Notes: generated by a model not told the origin, from the sequence alone. A stretch of DNA of 64,000 nt from an uncultured Planctomycetota bacterium (GCA_963737655.1 CAVTTN010000002.1:256001-320000), one strand, 5' to 3'. Shown: positions 21,201-30,710, counted from the stretch's first letter. Numbers and translations: made by a program.

Positions 21201-24200
21201 TCAGTCGCGCTCCCGGGTCCGGGCCACCGGGGCGAGCAGGTTCTCGACCGGCGCGTAATCGTCGCTGAGGATGATCCCCCGGGATCGGATCGCCAGGGAC
21301 TTCATGTCCACCTCGGGGTAGACCTCGGGCGTGACCTGATCGCCGGGTTCGCCGCCCCGACTCCTCCGGAAGAAGTGCGGGTCGTCGATCCTCCGGCCCA
21401 GGTCGTTGAGGTCCAGCGGCTTCTTGGAGGCGACGACCACGAAGGTCTCGCGCTCGCCCTCGCCCGGTTCGCTGGCGGTGCCGAAGACGTAGGTGTGGGC
21501 GAAGCTCTTCTTCGCGGTCTCGACCCACGAGCCGAGGAACGCGCCCACGGCGCGGGCGTCGGCCACGCCGTCGGCGGCGACCTGGGCGAGCCGATCGTAG
21601 TCGCTGGCGAAGGCCAGGTCGGCCTCGGCGGCGACGCGGGCCCAGGCGGCCAGGCGGTCCGGCGGGAGCTTCTTGAGCGAGTCGATCTTGGAGAGCGCCT
21701 GGAGGGAGGTCTCGGCCATCTCCTCGACGGTCCCCCGCTCGGGGATCTTCGCCTCGGCCAGGGCCTTGACCACGGCGGCGCGGATCAGGGCGGGCTGGTT
21801 GGGCGTGCCCTTGGCCGCCGCCTCGCCGGGCTTCTCGGCCTTCTTCGCGGCCTCGCCCGCCTTGCCCTTGGGCGGCTCCTTGGGCCACGGCAGGGCCGCG
21901 TCGGCCGCCTTCCTCGCGACCTTCGAGGTGTCGATCCCCCGCTTCTTGTCGTCCATCGCCAGGACGACCTTCTCGGCCAGCTTGTCCGAGTCCGCCGCCC
22001 CGGCCGCCTTGAGCGCCTTCTCCACCGCCGCGACCTCGGCGTGATAGAGGAACGAGAAGATCGACCGATAGTCCGACTTGTAGATGTCGATGATGTTGAT
22101 CATGTACACCCCGTCCTCGGACAGCATGGCGGCGATCCGGTCGTTGAACTCCTTGGTCGTGAGGTGCCAGGGGACGGAGAAATCATTGAAGGCGTCGCCG
22201 AAGATCAGGTCGTACTTCTCGCCCTTGTAGTGGGTGACGTACTGGCGGGCGTCGCCCCAGGTGGTCTTGATCGTGGTGTTGGCGGGCAGGAAGAGGGCCG
22301 CGTGGTTGGCCTTGGTGACGGCCGGGTCGATCTCGGCGACGTCGGCCGCGGTCTTCGGGTAGACCTCCTGGAGGTAGCGGGGATAGGTGTACGATCCCCC
22401 GCCGAGGAACATCGTCCGCAGCGGGACGTCCTCCGACTTCGCCAGCTTCAGCGTCTTCATCCTCGCCTCGACGACCCGGCGGGTCACCAGGGCGTAGATG
22501 TGCTCGTAGTCGTAATCGAGTTCCTCGGGGTGGTTCTCGATGTAGTAGCCGTGGATCAGGTTGTCCAGGACGAGCGTCCTCTTGCGGTTGCCGTCGTCGC
22601 GGAGCTGGTTCTCGATCTTGATGTAATAATAATTACTTTCGTCGATGTAAGCCTTCTCGGCGCGGGGGTCGTTCGGCTCGCCGGCCTCCTCGCGGAGGCC
22701 CCAGCTCTGCCCCTGGCTCAGGAGGAACTTGCGGGCGTTCTGCGCCGGCTTGAAGGTCCAGGAGGCGGGCAGGAGGGCCGGGGCGAAGGCGATCACGCAG
22801 AGGCCCAGCGGGATGCCGGCCCACGCCGCGTGCCAGATCGACCCCAGGACGGTGGCCGAGATGGCGAGGGTCGTCGCGAGGATCAGGATCAGGCCCTTGG
22901 TCCCGAAGACGTCGATCAGGAAGAAGCCGGCGAGGAACGTGCCGAGGATGCTGCCGACCATCCCCCAGGCGTAGACCTGGCCGATCGCCTGGCCGGTCCC
23001 CTTGGTCCGGGCCCTCACGCGGTCCACCGCGAGCTTGGCGACCACGGGGCCGACCGTCCCCATCGCCAGGCTGGGCAGGAGGAACACCGTCGCCACCCAG
23101 AACAGCACGCGGAACCCCCAGGGGAACCCCGCCATCGTCGAGGCTTCCATCAGGAACGAGTCCCGGTCGTCCTCCCGGAACTTCACCTCCCGGCCGATCA
23201 TCAGCGACTCGATCGGGTTGCGAATCCCCTTGACGACCCAGTGCGGCGGGTATTCGGCCAGGAGGATCATCGCCGTGAGGACCGAGGCGACCAGGAACAG
23301 CCAGCTCGCGTGCTTCTCCTCGCGGACGTGGTTGGCGATCCGCCCGCCCAGCCAGTTCCCCACGCTCAGGCCGCCGAGCAGCACGCAGATCACGCTCGTC
23401 CAGCCATAGATGCTCGAGCCGAGGTGGCGCGTGACGAGCCGGCCGGCGACCATCTCCAGGGACATGAACGTCAAGCTCGCCACGAACGACAGGGCGGCGA
23501 GGTCGCCCAGGCGGACCCGGGCGAACGGGCCGCTCTGCATCTCGGCCTCGGACGGCGGGAGCTCGGCCGCCGGGACCGATTTGAGCCGTCCCACCAGGCT
23601 CGCGGCGATCCCGAAGGTCAGGAGCTGCCCGGCGAGCGTCGCGAAGTTCACCTTGATCTCGGCCACGACGATCCCGGGCCAGTTCTGGAGGCCCAAAATC
23701 GACTCGAGCGACCCGATCGCGAGCAACAGGGCGGCCGCGAACGCCGCCAGGCCCAGGCCGCCTCGCTTGAGGGCGACCATCACGACCGAGACCAGCAAGG
23801 CCACGCCCCACGACCCCAGGGCCATCGCGAAGAGCCAGGTCATCGCGGTCGCCAGCGTCGGGTTGCGGCTCGCCTCGGTCGTCCCCCGGTTCAGGATCAG
23901 GTCGAGCAAGCCGCTGCCCAGCGCCAGGACGGCCAGGCCCAGCCCGACCGAGAGCAGGACCAGGGCGACTCCCCGGCCGGTCAGCCCTTCCTCATCGACG
24001 AGCACCAGGCCCACGATCAGGAGGCCGGCGGCGACGAGGTTGACGATCGTGGAGGTCGGCGCCGCGTAGATCAGCCAGTAGCCGGCCAGGAACGTCCCGG
24101 CGATCGAGCCGACGGCGCCGAGGAAATAGATGTCGCCGATCGCCCCTCCCGCCCGCTTCGCCTGCTCCACCGCCATCTTGGCCATGACCGGCGAGATCAT

Positions 24201-24578
24201 CCCCAGGACCGTCCCGGGGATCAGGAAGTCGAGCGAGACGACCAGGATCGTCCCCACGCCCAGGGGCAGCGAATTCAGCCCGGGGAGGAACCCGACCACC
24301 GTATTCATCCACAGGCAGCCCAGAGTCAGCGCCGATCCCGGCGCATAAAGCGGGGCGATGGCCCGGCTTGGCTCGATCCGGTCGGCCAATCGCCCGCCCA
24401 GGACGTTGCCCAGGCAGATCCCGCCGAGCATGATCCCGATCACGGTCGTCCAGACCGGCAGCGACGCGCCGACATGACGGGCCACGAGCCGGCTCGCCAC
24501 CAGCTCCAGGACCATGATGCAAAGGCTGCTGAAGAACGCCAGAAGATAGGGCACAACGCGGACGGCTCGGCCGTTCAT
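21201..24578 (-). CDS. Fused multi-TM (MFS-like) / spermidine-synthase-like methyltransferase
   Basis: Two similar TM blocks (M.LE.VA.RL...H.G.S...WT.VI); FLGGGSY, EIDPAV, GDAR, YDLIFGDAF, LSDDYAPVE. Confidence 0.8.
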   Translation of the reverse strand: MNGRAVRVVPYLLAFFSSLCIMVLELVASRLVARHVGASLPVWTTVIGIMLGGICLGNVLGGRLADRIEPSRAIAPLYAPGSALTLGCLWMNTVVGFLPGLNSLPLGVGTILVVSLDFLIPGTVLGMISPVMAKMAVEQAKRAGGAIGDIYFLGAVGSIAGTFLAGYWLIYAAPTSTIVNLVAAGLLIVGLVLVDEEGLTGRGVALVLLSVGLGLAVLALGSGLLDLILNRGTTEASRNPTLATAMTWLFAMALGSWGVALLVSVVMVALKRGGLGLAAFAAALLLAIGSLESILGLQNWPGIVVAEIKVNFATLAGQLLTFGIAASLVGRLKSVPAAELPPSEAEMQSGPFARVRLGDLAALSFVASLTFMSLEMVAGRLVTRHLGSSIYGWTSVICVLLGGLSVGNWLGGRIANHVREEKHASWLFLVASVLTAMILLAEYPPHWVVKGIRNPIESLMIGREVKFREDDRDSFLMEASTMAGFPWGFRVLFWVATVFLLPSLAMGTVGPVVAKLAVDRVRARTKGTGQAIGQVYAWGMVGSILGTFLAGFFLIDVFGTKGLILILATTLAISATVLGSIWHAAWAGIPLGLCVIAFAPALLPASWTFKPAQNARKFLLSQGQSWGLREEAGEPNDPRAEKAYIDESNYYYIKIENQLRDDGNRKRTLVLDNLIHGYYIENHPEELDYDYEHIYALVTRRVVEARMKTLKLAKSEDVPLRTMFLGGGSYTYPRYLQEVYPKTAADVAEIDPAVTKANHAALFLPANTTIKTTWGDARQYVTHYKGEKYDLIFGDAFNDFSVPWHLTTKEFNDRIAAMLSEDGVYMINIIDIYKSDYRSIFSFLYHAEVAAVEKALKAAGAADSDKLAEKVVLAMDDKKRGIDTSKVARKAADAALPWPKEPPKGKAGEAAKKAEKPGEAAAKGTPNQPALIRAAVVKALAEAKIPERGTVEEMAETSLQALSKIDSLKKLPPDRLAAWARVAAEADLAFASDYDRLAQVAADGVADARAVGAFLGSWVETAKKSFAHTYVFGTASEPGEGERETFVVVASKKPLDLNDLGRRIDDPHFFRRSRGGEPGDQVTPEVYPEVDMKSLAIRSRGIILSDDYAPVENLLAPVARTRERD

Positions 24579-24852
24579 TCGGCAAGCGCTCCCGGATAAA
24601 CTGGGGCTTCGGGGCTGGGAGAAGCGTCTACCCTAGCGTACCCGGATTCCCAGGGCAATCGACCAGCGTCCGGCGAGACGGCCGTTTCCTCCTCGTCCCG
24701 ACCGCGAAACGGGGCACGGCCTCCGCACGAACGACCTTGAGGCCTTCCGCAACGGGCGATAGGATCTCGGCCCGCACACGATCGCACCGACCAGGCTGGC
24801 CTACGCGCGGTTCGGAGGATCGACTCGTCCCGACCCTCGGACACTGGTGAGC

Positions 24853-26786
24853 ATGGACGCTTCCCTTCAACGACGCCCCGCCGCGATCCCTCACCGCGTC
24901 CTCGTTCCGGCGAACGCCGGGCCGGACCCCGGCTCGCGGACCTCGCTCCGGACCTCGCTGGCCCAGGGGATCTGGCTCGGACTCCTCGGGGCGTGGCTGG
25001 AGCTTGGCGTGGTCCTCGGCCATCGGCGGCTGGTGGGCCAGGTCACCGACGTCTCCCGACGGCTCCACTGGTTCCACGTCCCCCTCGGCGTGATCGCCCA
25101 TCTTGCCCTGTTTATCGGATGGTTCGCCCTGGCGGTTTTGATCCGTCGCCGCCAACCGCTCTCGAGCCGGCGGGACCTCGTTTCCACGATCCTTGCGTGG
25201 TATCTCGCGGTCCTTTCGCCGTTGCTGGCGATCGAGGAATTCTACTGGCCCTGCGCCACGTGATGGCCGCGCTGTTCGCCCTGAAGATCGCCCCGGTGTG
25301 GAGGGACCGACGCCCGGCCATCCTCCGACGGACCCTGCCGATCCTGGGAACGGCGTCCGCCTTGCTGGTGATCGGCGGATTCGCCTGGCCCTCGTGGCAG
25401 GAGGCGCGGTCACGGGCCGTTCTGCCTCCGATCCGGGCCGGCGCCCCGAATGTCCTCCTGATCGTCCTGGACACCGTCCGCGCCGACCATTTGAGCCTCT
25501 ACGGCTACCACCGAGACACCTCGCCCCGGCTCCGAACCCTGGCCGATCGGGCGATCACGTTCGATTTCGCCCGCGCCTCGGCCCCCTGGACCCTGCCGTC
25601 ACATGCCACGATGTTCACCGGCCGCTGGCCTCACGAGCTTTCCGTCGACACCGATCGCCCGCTCGACGCCACCCATCCCACCCTCGCCGAACACCTCGCC
25701 CGCCACGGCTACCTGACCGGCGGCTTCTCCGCCAATACCTATTACACCAACGCCTGGCACGCCATCGACCGAGGTTTCGCCCACTACGAGGATTCCGTCG
25801 AGAACCGGACGTTCTCGGTCCAGGAAACCCTGAGGACCGCGGCGGTTTTCCGCCGCCTGATGCCCTTCGCCGTCCGCCTCCATCTCTGGAAGACCCGGGG
25901 CGACACCTCAAGGCGGATTCCCGCGTCCGAAATCCGCCAGAACACGCTCGCCTGGCTCGATGCCCAGCCGGCCGACCGGCCGTTCTTCCTGTTCCTGAAC
26001 TTCTTCGACGCCCACGACCTCTATGAAATCCCCCAGGGGTTCCAACCCCGGTTTTCGACGGCCGATCGGGCAACCGTCGAGCAAGCCAACCGCGTCTATT
26101 TCAAGAACATGAAGCCCGGGGGCGACAAAACGCTCGCGGCCGAGGCCGGCAAGCTGCTGATCGACGTCTATGACGATTGCATCGCGTCCATGGATGAGCA
26201 AGTCGGCCGGCTTCTGGACGACCTCGACCGTCGCGGCCGGCTCCGCGACACCTGGGTGATCGTCACGGCCGATCACGGCGAGTTCTTCGGCGAAAAAGGG
26301 CGATTCGGCCACGGATCGGGCCTCGATCGCGGAGTGATCGACGTCCCCCTCCTGATCGTCCCGCCCCGAGGAGGCTCAGGATCGCATCGAATCGCCGCCC
26401 CAGTCAGCCTCCGAGACCTCCCGGCCACGATCGCCGACGTGACCGGACTCGCCAACGACTCACCCTTTCCGGGCCGATCGCTCCGCCGAGCCTGGCACCC
26501 CTCCCCGGGAACCAGCCTCGACGACGTTCCGCTCTCGGAATTCAAGGCATTCGAGGGGCCCATCCCCAGGAGCGAGAAGAACCCGGCCGATCGGTTCGAC
26601 GCGGTGATCGTCTCGGGCGATCGCATCTACCACAAAAACCGGACCCGGCCCGACGAACTGTTCGACATCCACGACCGAGACGAGGCCCTCAATCTCGCCC
26701 CCCGGCCCGACTCCAGGGCGACCCTGGATCGGCTCGGCAAGTTGCTCCAAAACCTGTCGCGAAACGCCTCGATCGAGCCTCGATGA
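24853..26786 (+). CDS. Membrane-anchored sulfatase-like hydrolase/transferase, frameshift near 25255
   Basis: TM N-terminus; PNVLLIVLDTVRADH, PWTLPSHATMFTG, FFDAH, TADHGE. Confidence 0.82.
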
Positions 26787-27563
26787 CCGAACCCCCAACC
26801 GATCCCCCGCCCCAGGGTGACACTCGGGCCATCGACAAGTGCCGGCGCCATCCAGACAAATTTACATGATCGCCCGGAATCGAAACGTCCGCACGCCTCG
26901 CCATCCCTCGCCCGACAACGCAACGACCCACTCCCGGACCCCAGGTCCATGCCCCGACCCAACCCAATAGCCCCCCTCACGGCCCACCTCCGAATCTCGG
27001 AAATCGAAGCCCCAACGACGCCACCCGCACGTACCAAACCATCGAAAGCCACCCCCACCCCCGATCACCCAATCCCCGAGGACGCCCCTCCCCAACGGCC
27101 CCTCGAACGCTCCCCGGACAATCCGCCACTCCCGACGAAAACACGGCGGCGAAGCTCCAAAACCCGATCGGCGCAAGCCGTTCCAGGCTCAACCTTTGCT
27201 CGTCAAATCTCAACTAATTCAAAAATCAACAAACATGGCCTGGCACAAGTGACTGCGCGCTAGAAATCCCTGCAAAAACCGCCCTCCGGCGCGTTTTTCG
27301 GGAAAAAGTGTAGTCAACTTCCGCGAAATTCTCGATCGCACATCTCCATGAGGAATAAAATTTGAGCAATCAAACGAATCAATCAGATTCCGACCCAAAA
27401 ATCCAAAACACCGGCAATCCCCAGCGCGCCAACCGCCCGCAAACCCCACCCCACCCGACTCTCTCCAGCCAATCCCCCGAAAACCCCAGACCACCCAGTC
27501 TCGCAGCACCAGTGACCATTCAGAGAGTCATCGTCGGGGATTGAGGCTCATGTGGCATGCTTG

Positions 27564-27628
27564 CGGTGCATGGCACTGGTGAGCATTTCTGGGTGCCACT
27601 GGTCGTACTCGACCAGTGCCATGCGCCG
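27564..27628. repeat. Nested inverted repeat upstream of the array promoter
   Basis: 27564-27580 matches the reverse complement of 27612-27628 at 16/17; alternative hairpin CACTGGTCG-TACT-CGACCAGTG at 27597-27618. Confidence 0.6.
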
Positions 27629-27674
27629 TCGTTGCAATCGGCGAAGCAACGAGGAGAGAATCCCGAAAAAATCC

Positions 27675-27769
27675 TTGCAAGGCGAACTCCCCGCCGGCAA
27701 AATCAATCACCGGTCCGAGATTATCCATCCGAAACGACGTGATAAACCGCATCATTTCGGACGTATAAT
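27675..27769 (+). promoter_or_regulatory. Candidate cassette promoter(s) Pc
   Basis: TTGCAA(27675)-17 nt-CAAAAT(27698), and a perfect TATAAT at 27764-27769, 45 nt upstream of the first core site and facing the array. Confidence 0.5.
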
Positions 27770-27799
27770 CCCGCAGATTCGGAGATTCTGCGTCACTTT

Positions 27800-27821
27800 C
27801 GATGTCTACTTCATGTTAGGC
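27800..27821 (+). other. attI-like integron recombination site
   Basis: GTTAGGC (GTTRRRY) at 27815-27821 opens the first cassette with no attC palindrome upstream; degenerate inverse box GTCTACT at 27804-27810. Confidence 0.6.
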
Positions 27822-27840
27822 GTCCTGCAAATCGTGGTGC

Positions 27841-27993
27841 CTATAGCGATATCTTTCCGGTCAGGAGCATCCAACTCCGAATCAGGGTCAGGACGAGACA
27901 CGTCAACATCCCCGCCCAGGCCCACCGGAACGTCGGCCGCCACTCCGGCCGTAGTTCTTCCATCGCCCACTGCCGTCTCAGCCAAGCGACCAT
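27841..27993 (-). CDS. 50-aa Trp-rich single-TM peptide, inverted in cassette A (copy 1, 27816-28090)
   Basis: MVAWLRRQWAMEELRPEWRPTFRWAWAGMLTCLVLTLIRSWMLLTGKISL*; fills the cassette; GAGG lies upstream in the attC bottom strand. Confidence 0.45.
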   Translation of the reverse strand: MVAWLRRQWAMEELRPEWRPTFRWAWAGMLTCLVLTLIRSWMLLTGKISL

Positions 27994-27996
27994 GAC

Positions 27997-28096
27997 GCCT
28001 AACCTCGCGCTGCAGCGGACCCGCAACCGCCGCCACGATTGTTGTAGTCTCAACACAACTCAGGCGGGTGCGGGCCGCTGAGCTTGGTCGTTAGGC
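27997..28096 (+). repeat. attC site 1
   Basis: GCCTAAC-5nt-GCTGCAGC...GCTGAGC-6nt-GTTAGGC; R''/L''/L'/R' layout with one extra-helical base. Confidence 0.93.
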
Positions 28097-28754
28097 GGCT
28101 CAGGAGTCGAAGCCTTCGGTCGTGCTCGTCGTCGGCCTCGCCGGTCGCGCCTCGGCTCGACGACGCCATCGGTCGGGCCCCTGGAGTCGGCCTCGGCGGT
28201 GGTGCGCGTCGTCGCCCTCGCCGGCCGCGCCCCCGAGGTCGGGCCCGTCGGCCGGCGCCCCCCTTGCCAACGCCGTCGGTCCGTGCCAGGATCGTCGGTG
28301 TCGGCGCGTGGGGCGTCGCCGGGGCGCCGCCTAACCCGGCGCTGCAGCGGACCCGGCCCGCGGTCGACGATCACTCTCCTCTCAATCTCGCCGGGCGCGG
28401 GCCGGTCCGCTGAGCTTTGTCGTTAGGCGGCTCAGGAGTCGAAGCCTTCGGTCGTGCTCGTCGTCGGCCTCGCCGGTCGCGCCTCGGCTCGACGACGCCA
28501 TCGGTCGGGCCCCTGGAGTCGGCCTCGGCGGTGGTGCGCGTCGTCGCCCTCGCCGGCCGCGCCCCCGAGGTCGGGCCCGTCGGCCGGCGCCCCCCTTGCC
28601 AACGCCGTCGGTCCGTGCCAGGATCGTCGGTGTCGGCGCGTGGGGCGTCGCCGGGGCGCCGCCTAACCCGGCGCTGCAGCGGACCCGGCCCGCGGTCGAC
28701 GATCACTCTCCTCTCAATCTCGCCGGGCGCGGGCCGGTCCGCTGAGCTTTGTCG
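28091..28754 (+). repeat. Cassette B, two identical tandem 332-bp copies, no convincing ORF
   Basis: 28091-28422 equals 28423-28754 by eye, including attC. Confidence 0.88.
28329..28428 (+). repeat. attC site 2
   Basis: GCCTAAC...GCTGCAGCGGACC...GGTCCGCTGAGC...GTTAGGC. Confidence 0.93.
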
Positions 28755-28760
28755 TTAGGC
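28661..28760 (+). repeat. attC site 3 (identical to attC2)
   Basis: Same sequence offset by 332 bp. Confidence 0.93.
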
Positions 28761-28770
28761 GGCAGAGGCC

Positions 28771-29052
28771 ATGCACTACGTCGTCGCCCTTCTACCTGCC
28801 GTTGTTCTCATGGCCGCACTCATCGTCGCGGTTGTCTCGGCTCGCCGGCTCAAGCCGTGTCCATCATGCTGTCGGCGTGAATTGCGTTGCGTCAACTTCG
28901 TCAAGGCCACTGTCATCACCGACGACCGGCGTGCCCCGGACTCGTGGTCGTTCCATGCGTGTCGGGCATGCGGCGCAGCGTTCAAGCTCCATCGCGGCCG
29001 GTGGTCAAGCGTCGAAGATCGCGAACGCCACTACTTCGGCGGAGCCGCCTAA
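28771..29052 (+). CDS. Cassette protein: N-terminal TM helix plus zinc ribbon
   Basis: GAGG RBS; CPSC...CRAC; stop TAA lies in the attC R'' (GCC TAA C). Confidence 0.75.
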   Translation: MHYVVALLPAVVLMAALIVAVVSARRLKPCPSCCRRELRCVNFVKATVITDDRRAPDSWSFHACRACGAAFKLHRGRWSSVEDRERHYFGGAA

Positions 29053-29148
29053 CCTCGCGCTGCAGCGGACCCCGCACCGCCGCAACGGTTTATGCTATGA
29101 TTCAACGTCGCTCGGGCGGTGCGGGTCCGCTGAGCTTCGGCGTTAGGC
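29047..29148 (+). repeat. attC site 4
   Basis: GCCTAAC...CCCGCACCGCC / GGCGGTGCGGG...GTTAGGC. Confidence 0.93.
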
Positions 29149-29167
29149 GTCCTGCAAATCGTGGTGC

Positions 29168-29320
29168 CTATAGCGATATCTTTCCGGTCAGGAGCATCCA
29201 ACTCCGAATCAGGGTCAGGACGAGACACGTCAACATCCCCGCCCAGGCCCACCGGAACGTCGGCCGCCACTCCGGCCGTAGTTCTTCCATCGCCCACTGC
29301 CGTCTCAGCCAAGCGACCAT
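29168..29320 (-). CDS. 50-aa TM peptide, cassette A copy 2 (29143-29417)
   Basis: Identical to copy 1 at offset 1327. Confidence 0.45.
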   Translation of the reverse strand: MVAWLRRQWAMEELRPEWRPTFRWAWAGMLTCLVLTLIRSWMLLTGKISL

Positions 29321-29323
29321 GAC

Positions 29324-29423
29324 GCCTAACCTCGCGCTGCAGCGGACCCGCAACCGCCGCCACGATTGTTGTAGTCTCAACACAACTCAGGCGGGTGCGG
29401 GCCGCTGAGCTTGGTCGTTAGGC
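29324..29423 (+). repeat. attC site 5 (identical to attC1)
   Basis: Same sequence as 27997-28096. Confidence 0.93.
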
Positions 29424-29440
29424 GGCGGAGGCTTTGTCCC

Positions 29441-30211
29441 ATGACGATGTTTCGGGCATTCTCAGGCTTCGCTTGCCACGGCGAGACTGTGGCGTCTAAC
29501 AACCGAGAAGCCTGCACGAACGGCCATAGCCGGCTGGGAATCCCGATCTTGTACTTCGGTCAGGCTCGCGGTGCAGAGTACCAGTGGATTCACTTCAACG
29601 AGAATGACCTGCCCGGGACGGAGATGGAACTCGAACGGGCGGTCCAGATGAATCCCGAAAGCACCCTCATTTTGGGAGACGAGGTAAACGCGCGGATGGG
29701 CGCCAAAGATTACGCTGCGGCCTACGTCCATTGGTTCAACTGGCTCAAGGAGCGTAGTCCGGTCACAAGGCTTTCAACCTGCGGGTTCGAGGCCAACCAC
29801 AATCCGTTTGTCTTCGCGGAAGAATTCATCATCGAAGCGCGGAAGACCGTTTATGTCGATGAGTTTCGCTTCAACGCGGCGTTCGCTGTTTCTGGCGACC
29901 TGGGCGCTTTTGATTCGTATCTTGGACAGGCTCAGACGTTCGCGAACAGCCACGGCTACCGGAACAAGTACTGCATCGGCTCATTCTTCTCCGATCCGGG
30001 GCTGAGTGCGGACCAACTGCGGAAGGCAATGCAGTTAATTCATCGACAGGGGACGATCAAGGAAGCCGTGTACTGGAGCTTTGAGAGTCATACGACCGCC
30101 GTGCATAACCCGCTCGCGGAGTACGACGGCAACCAAGTTCCGCGATTGAACCTCCTCGGCAGAACTTTTGCCCAAACCGTCCGAGACATCGCTGAGGGGA
30201 CTTCGATCTGA
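29441..30211 (+). CDS. Cassette hypothetical protein, possibly a glycoside-hydrolase-like barrel
   Basis: GGAGG RBS, 256 aa, lower GC; LILGDEVN resembles the clan-A NE motif (weak). Confidence 0.6.
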   Translation: MTMFRAFSGFACHGETVASNNREACTNGHSRLGIPILYFGQARGAEYQWIHFNENDLPGTEMELERAVQMNPESTLILGDEVNARMGAKDYAAAYVHWFNWLKERSPVTRLSTCGFEANHNPFVFAEEFIIEARKTVYVDEFRFNAAFAVSGDLGAFDSYLGQAQTFANSHGYRNKYCIGSFFSDPGLSADQLRKAMQLIHRQGTIKEAVYWSFESHTTAVHNPLAEYDGNQVPRLNLLGRTFAQTVRDIAEGTSI

Positions 30212-30269
30212 AAAATCTAGGAATGCCATTCAGCGTCAGTTCAATTTAGCGGCTCCGGCCGATCCGCCT

Positions 30270-30649
30270 CTTCGTGAACTCTTTGGCTGGGAACGGCCAT
30301 CGACGCGCAACACTACCCCAACCCCAGGCTTTGTGGCCGGGCAGCGGCGAGGTCCGGGTAGCAAACCGACGGATTCAAGAGCGGCGGACGAGGCGCGGGC
30401 CGAGAGGGGAGTCGGTTACGTTTGCAGTCTCTTCGACGGGAACATCCCCGCGAGTCGGCTCGCGGGGCGTCGCCAATGACCGGATCACGACCTCTCGGGC
30501 CAGGCTAACCTACGGGCAGGGAGCACCAAGGTGGAGACGGCCGGGAGGCCCGCGCCACACTCAGGCTACGCCGCGCCGGGTCGGCGGGCAAGTCGTCCCC
30601 GACCCCCGTTCACGCCCCGTCGGGAGCGGACGAAGGCCGCAGGATGGTT
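30270..30649 (-). mobile_element. Non-autonomous IS110 derivative (both ends plus putative bridge RNA, no transposase) inserted in attC6
   Basis: Junctions GCCT|CTTCGTGAACT and GGATGGTT|AACCTTGCGCTGCAGCGG; 30426-30649 homologous to 33762-33985. Confidence 0.8.
30420..30620 (-). ncRNA. Putative bridge RNA, copy in the non-autonomous element
   Basis: Target match CTAACCT 30505-30511; donor match CTCTTCG 30429-30435; boundaries approximate. Confidence 0.6.
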
Positions 30650-30710
30650 AACCTTGCGCTGCAGCGGACCCCGGCCACGGGCCGCGCTTTCTCATTCTCA
30701 CAAGCTCGGA
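30650..30710 (+). repeat. attC6 left-arm remnant (right arm deleted)
   Basis: AACCTTGCGCTGCAGCGGACCCCGGCC, then interrupted by the AAAAGGGGAC element. Confidence 0.75.

Noticed and set aside
12051..24599. Very long opposite-strand ORFs (12051-15113, 17537-20218, 21198-24599 and similar)
   Set aside because: Antisense shadows of real genes in high-GC DNA, with no domain motifs.
26790..27760. intI gene or remnant upstream of the attI-like site
   Set aside because: No tyrosine-recombinase motifs in the listed ORFs; 26817-27263 is Pro-rich low complexity and not called as a gene.
30270..30649. Group IIC-attC intron remnant
   Set aside because: No reverse transcriptase or recognisable intron ends; the sequence is homologous to the IS110 non-coding end.
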